Positions 59,152-64,000 of a DNA stretch of 64,000 nt are shown here, in pieces. The position numbers and the translations under genes are program-made. The stretch spans positions 108,885-172,884 of the forward strand of contig CAWDFY010000002.1 of the NCBI GenBank assembly GCA_963801745.1. The letters are read 5' to 3'. The notes beneath the pieces are model-generated. The model was given only the letters and a program-made list of their open reading frames with translations, did no database searches and was not told the DNA's origin. The first letter of the stretch is position 1, and the number at the start of each line of letters is the position of its first letter. The DNA is from an uncultured Chloroflexia bacterium. GTDB lineage: Bacteria; Chloroflexota; Limnocylindria; Limnocylindrales; CSP1-4.

Positions 59152-60355
59152 CTACTCGACCGAGACGACCCGGTACGCCACGGGCCCGCGGGGCGTCTCG
59201 ACCGTCACCTCGTCCCCGGCCTCCGCGCCGAGCATCGCCCGGCCGACCGGCGACGCCACCGACAGCCGACCCGCCGAAGGAGTCGGACTCGGCCGAGCCG
59301 ACCAGCGTGTAGGTCTCGACCTCGCCGTCGACCTCGACCGTGACCCGCGACCCGATGTCCGCGCCGGCGCCGGCCGACGGCGCCTCGGCGATGACCGCGT
59401 CCCGCAACCGGCCCTCGAGCGCCTGGACCCGACCCTCCAGGAACGACTGCTCCTCGCGGGCGGCGGTGTAGTCGGCGTTCTCCTTGAGGTCGCCGAGCTC
59501 CTTGGCCGTCCGGATCCGGGCGATGACCTCGGGGCGGCGGACCTCGGTCAGCTCGTGCAGCTCCGCCCGCAGCCGGTCGACCCCCTCGGCGGTCAGGCGT
59601 GACCGGCGCGGATGCGGCCTTCCGCGACGAGGGCCGCGATGGTGCCGGTGTCTTGGCCGCCGCCGGCGACCTGCCGGCGACGCTCCGGCGGTTCGCCCCG
59701 GGCACCCTCGGCATCGCCATCGGGCACGACGACGACTCGGGTCGACGGCGGCGCCGGTTCGGGGACCTCGGGCAGCAGCGACCCTGCGAGCCCCGATCGC
59801 CCGTCGCTCACCGGTCGTCCGGCGCAGGTTCGCGAACGGCAGCACGACCGATGGACCGGGCAGGGCCGACACGTCCTCGGCCGGGACATCCTCGGCGAAC
59901 GTCGCGAGGAGCGCGTCCTCGTACTCCTCGGTCGGCCTCGGTCTCCGCCCACCAGACGCGGAGCGACCCGACGACATCGCCGTCGAGCGTGTGCAGCCAG
60001 TGCCCGCCGGCGTACGGCCGGCGGTCGCCGAGCGCCGTCCGCTGCATCGCCGCGACCCGTGCCGCCGATCGACACCGTGGACACGCCGACGTAGAGCACC
60101 GTCTGCGAGGGCAGCCAGAACGACGCGAGGCGCGCCGACGAGTGCGCGCGACGCCGGTCGCTCGCCGTCCAGCGTCAGCCCGGGCACCCGCTCGATCCAC
60201 TTGCCGACCCGGGTCAGCTCGATCGGCGCGCGCGGCCGCGGTGCGGTCAGCTCGACCACGAACACGCCCGGACCGCGCGCCGGCACGGGTCGTCCCCACA
60301 CGACCGGCCCGTCGGCAAGCAGCCCGACCTCGCGCAGCAGGGAGGCGGCGTTCAT
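59152..60355 (-). CDS. greA: GreA transcription elongation factor with an N-terminal GIY-YIG-like domain (several indels)
   Basis: C-terminal LTAEG...AKELGDLKENADYTAAREEQ...SVASPVGRAMLG; N-terminal PGVFVV...VLYVG...RV...GGHWL...EDALL..F...LPFANL across shifted frames. Confidence 0.72.
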
Positions 60356-60423
60356 GCGCGGAACGTGCGATGGGGCACCGGGGGATGGTACGCGGTCCGG
60401 GGTCGCGGTATCGTGCCCGCTGC

Positions 60424-61890
60424 ATGGCCGCGTCCCGGCCACGCCGGACGGGGATCCGGCGGGCCCTCCTGATCCTGCCTATCGCGCTCTCGGCTGCCGT
60501 CGCGACCGTCGCGCTCGGTCCGCTCGTACCCGCGCCTCGCGCTCCCCAGCTGGCGGCCACGGTCCCGTCGGCCGACGCACCGCGATCGACGCCCGCGCGA
60601 CCGTCGGCGAACGTGGCTCCGTCGGCCAGCGTCGTTCGGTCGGCGAGTGTCCTCCCGTCAGCGACGCCGACCTCCGAGCCGAGCGCGTCGGCGTCCGCAT
60701 CGCCCGCCGGGTCGCCCGGTCCCGCCCCCATCGCCGGTGCTCCGCCGGTCGCCGATCCGCCGACCTCGATCACCCGGCCGCGCCTCGCTCCGGCGACCCG
60801 GCTGGCGCTCCAGGCCCGGCTCGACCGGCTCCGCGACCGCTACGCGATCCCGGGCATCTCGGTCGCCATCGTCCTGCCCGGACGGCTCGACCTGGCTCGG
60901 TGTCAGCGGCATGGCCGACATCGGCGGCAAGTCGGCCGGTCACCCGCTCGACCGTCGTTCGCCATCGCCAGCGTCAGCAAGACGTTCACGGCCGCGCTGA
61001 TCCTGGCCCTCGCCGAGGAGGGCCGCATCGACCTCGACGCACCGGTCCGGCGCTACCTGCCCGGCGTCAAGAAGGTGTCGACCGAAGGTCACGGTCCGCC
61101 AGCTGCTCGATCACACGAGCGGTCTGCGCGACTACTTCTTCCACCCGTCGATCGACCAGCAGCTGCTCGTCCGGCCGGACGCGCACCTGGCAGCCGACCG
61201 AGGCGCTGCAAGCTACGTCGGCAAGGCCTACTTCGAAGCCGGCAAGGGCTGGCACTACTCGAACACGAACTACCTCGTGCTCGGCATGCTCGCCGAGGCG
61301 CGTCGGCAAGGCACCACTCGCCGACCAGGTGCGCGCCCGCTTCCTGCGATCCGCTCGATCTCGGCCGGACGTGGTACCAGCCCGAGGAGACGCGCGCTGA
61401 AGGACGTCGCCCACGGCTATCGCTTCGCGTCGGCCGGGCGCACGGCGCAAGGCGATCGACCTGTCCGACGGGACCGCGCGGTCGTGCCGTTCACCTCGGT
61501 CGTGACCGCCGCCGGCGGCGCTGGCGGCTTCGCCTCGAACGCCCGCGACCTCGCGCGCTGGGCGCACGCGCTGTACGGCGGCGAGGTGCTCGCGCCGGAG
61601 TACCTCCAGGCGATGGTCGACGCGCGCCGGACCGCGGCGGCTACAGGTCCGGCGATCCCGTACGGCTACGGCGTCCAGGCCGCTCGAGATCGACGGCCGG
61701 CCGTCGGTCGGGCATTCCGGTCGGCTGCTCGGCTTCCGATCGGCGGTGCGCTACCTGCCCGACCAGGGCATCACGATCGCGGTCCTGACCAACCAGAGCC
61801 GGACCGATCCGGCACCGATCGTCCGCTCGCTGCTGCGACTCGCGCTCACCCCGCGGCGACACCGCCTGCCGCTGCCCCGAGCGCCGCTGA
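60424..61890 (+). CDS. Secreted serine hydrolase, beta-lactamase/D-Ala-D-Ala carboxypeptidase family (many indels)
   Basis: IASVSKTF (SxxK), LLDHTSG, WHYSNTNY (YxN), GHSG, IAVLTN; Pro/Ser/Ala-rich N-terminal linker; ends approximate. Confidence 0.8.
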
Positions 61891-61997
61891 CCGCTTGCTG
61901 CGCCGCGGGCGCCGGTACCGGTCGCGGCCAGTACGCATAGGCGACTTGTCGTGCGCGCGCCGCGGCCGCACGGTTGGGCTTCGCTTGCGGTGCCAGC

Positions 61998-62531
61998 ATG
62001 CCGATCCGAGTCGACGCCTACATCGCCGAGGGGGTCGCGAACGGCGTCCTCGCGCGCGAGGGGCACCTCCGTGATGTCCTCGAGCAGGCCGGCGTCCTGC
62101 CGCTCGCCGGGGTCCAGTGGCAGGCATTCGACGTCGATGGCGCGCCCGGCCGCCGACATGTCCATCCCGAGCGACGACGTGCTCATCGTCGTCGGCGACG
62201 ACGACCCGAGCGTCCCGGTCCACGCCCAGTGGCACGACATCCGGCTCGAGGTCGGCCCGTACACGCTCGAGGGCGAGATGCCGACCCTGCCCGGGTTCGA
62301 CCCGGGCCGCGCCCTGACACGCCCGACCGGCGAGTTCGTGCTGCTCCGCGACGTCAGCATCGGGTTGCGCTCGGATACCGGTCCCGGCCACTCACGCCGG
62401 TCGGTCACAACGCGCTCGTCAATCGCTACACGGTCGAGAGCGTCGCGTGCGACCTCATGCTCGGGTTCTTCTTCCCGGGCGCCGCGATGATCCAGCAGGA
62501 GATCGCGGAGACCGGGGCGCCCAGACCTTAG
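61998..62531 (+). CDS. Hypothetical protein, DUF6812-like paralog of the gene at 9300 (two indels)
   Basis: [47 protein letters not shown] align by eye with the 9300 protein. Confidence 0.6.
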   Translation: MPIRVDAYIAEGVANGVLAREGHLRDVLEQAGVLPLAGVQWQAFDVDGAPGRRHVHPERRRAHRRRRRRPERPGPRPVARHPARGRPVHARGRDADPARVRPGPRPDTPDRRVRAAPRRQHRVALGYRSRPLTPVGHNALVNRYTVESVACDLMLGFFFPGAAMIQQEIAETGAPRP

Positions 62532-63829
62532 CGCCGACCTCGCGACCGCCGCCCGGAGCCGCCCGAGCCGGCGCCCGCGCCCGACCGTCGTCGGACCGGC
62601 TTGCGGTGGGCATGGTGCTCGCGCCCCACGTGGGCATGCCCTGACCGCATCCCGAGCGGGCGCGGCTCGACCGATCGATCCGGGACGAAGCCCGTCCTCG
62701 ACCGTCCACGGGATCGCCTTGCTTGAGCATCCGCTGGATGCCGCGCAGCAGGTCGACCTCGTCGATGCAGACGAGGCTGATCGCCTCGCCGGTCGGCGCC
62801 CGCCCGCCCGGTCCGGCCGATGCGGTGGATGTAGTCCTGCGGGTTCCACGGCAGCTCGAAGTTCACGACGACCGGCAGGTCCTCGATGTCGAGCCCGCGG
62901 GCGGCGACGTCGGTCGCCACGAGGACGCGGATGTCGCCGGTCTTGAAGCCCTCGAGCGCGCGCGTGCGTTCGGGCTGTGAGCGGTCGCTGTGGATGGCGA
63001 CCGCTTCGAGACCCTCGCCGGTCGAGGCGCGACGCCAGCCGCGACGCGGCGAGCTTCGTCCGCGTGAAGACCAGCACCTGGTGCAGGTCGCCGGCGCGGA
63101 TGAGGTGGGCCAGCAGCTCTTCCTTGCGGTCGCGGTCGACCGGGTAGACGAGCTGGCGGATGCCCTCGACGGTCGGTGTTGCGCGGCGCGACCTCGACGG
63201 TCTCGGGGTCCCGCAGGATCGTCCCGGACAGCCGCCGGATGTCGTCCGAGAAGGTCGCCGAGAACATCAGGTTCTGGCGTCGCTTCGGCAGCAGCTCGAT
63301 GATCCGCTGGATGTCGGGCAGGAAGCCCATGTCGAGCATCCGGTCCGCCTCGTCGAGGACGAGGATCTCGACCTGGCCGAGGTTCGCGACCTTCTGGCCG
63401 ACGAGATCGAGCAGGCGCCCGGGCGTCGCGATCAGGATCTCGACGCCGGCGCGCAGCGCCTTGATCTGTGGATCCATCGGGATGCCGCCGTAGACCACCG
63501 TCGACCGCAGCGGCACGGTCCGCCCGTAGGTCCGGACGCTCTCGTCGACCTGCATCGCGAGCTCGCGGGTCGGGCACGAGGATGAGCGCACGGACCGGGT
63601 GGCGCGCCGGGGAGAACGACGTGTTGGCCTGCGCCGCGCAGCCGATCGAGGATCGGCAGCGTGAAGGCGGCCGTCTTGCCGGTCCCGGTCTGGGCGGCGG
63701 CCAGGACGTCGCGTCCCTGCGAGCACGAGCGGGATGGCCGCGGCCTGGACGGGCGTCGGGCGTGACGTAGCCCTCGTCGGCCACGGTCTGGAGGAGATCG
63801 GCCGACAGGCCGAGCGTGTCGAAGGTCAA
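62528..63829 (-). CDS. rhlE: DEAD-box RNA helicase (RhlE-like; many indels)
   Basis: Q motif, [50 protein letters not shown]; TTG start after GGAG. Confidence 0.88.
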   Translation of the reverse strand: MTFDTLGLSADLLQTVADEGYVTPDARPGRGHPARARRDATSWPPPRPGPARRPPSRCRSSIGCAAQANTSFSPARHPVRALILVPDPRARDAGRRERPDLRADRAAAVDGGLRRHPDGSTDQGAARRRRDPDRDARAPARSRRPEGREPRPGRDPRPRRGGPDARHGLPARHPADHRAAAEATPEPDVLGDLLGRHPAAVRDDPAGPRDRRGRAAQHRPSRASASSSTRSTATARKSCWPTSSAPATCTRCWSSRGRSSPRRGWRRASTGEGLEAVAIHSDRSQPERTRALEGFKTGDIRVLVATDVAARGLDIEDLPVVVNFELPWNPQDYIHRIGRTGRAGADRRGDQPRLHRRGRPAARHPADAQARRSRGRSRTGFVPDRSVEPRPLGMRSGHAHVGREHHAHRKPVRRRSGAGAGSGGSGRRSRGRR

Positions 63830-64000
63830 GGATGTCGCTCCTGCGTGGATCCCTGCCGTCGCGGGGCGGGCTCCGCGGGAGCGCGACGGCGGCGCCGGAC
63901 GGGCGCACGCGGGATGTCGTGCTGCCGTCCGTCGGCCGCCCGGAGCATAGCCGAAATCCGCTCGCGACCCGCCGGTGCGTTCGGGCACCGCGATCGGTCG

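Noticed and set aside
54700-63830. Programmed frameshifting or phase variation
   Set aside because: The shifts are numerous, lack consistent slippery sites or repeat tracts, and affect almost every gene in the region

Overview
A very GC-rich, gene-dense chromosomal window with about 57 CDS. I found no rRNA, tRNA, IS, integrase or true CRISPR array. Gene content and style suggest a monoderm Chloroflexota (Limnocylindria/Ellin6529-like) or a similar lineage, but this is inference only. Housekeeping and metabolic genes include acs, moaA, punA, thyX, tag, an aquaporin, RidA, solA, an Opp-type ABC system with two binding proteins, two further ABC pairs and a RhlE-like DEAD-box helicase. Signalling modules include a pseudo-receiver/CpaE-MinD ATPase, a class III cyclase-STAND-TPR protein with two stand-alone cNMP-binding proteins, and a very large 6-GAF/4-PAS HisKA_3 kinase with two response regulators. 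Single-base indels split or falsely fuse genes. They are sporadic from about 21.7 kb and dense after about 54.7 kb, which most likely reflects long-read consensus error. The best novelty candidates are: (1) an apparent GIY-YIG-like nuclease domain fused to an intact GreA; (2) an XRE-HTH/PD-(D/E)XK nuclease gene beside paired GTCA-N7-TGAC repeats; (3) a ~190-nt rod-like ncRNA behind a sigma70-like promoter preceded by DnaA boxes; (4) a four-copy palindromic repeat with an exact 62-bp period; (5) an orphan CpaE plus coiled-coil/acidic scaffold pair; (6) the cNMP module. All family calls come from motif recognition by eye; no searches were run.
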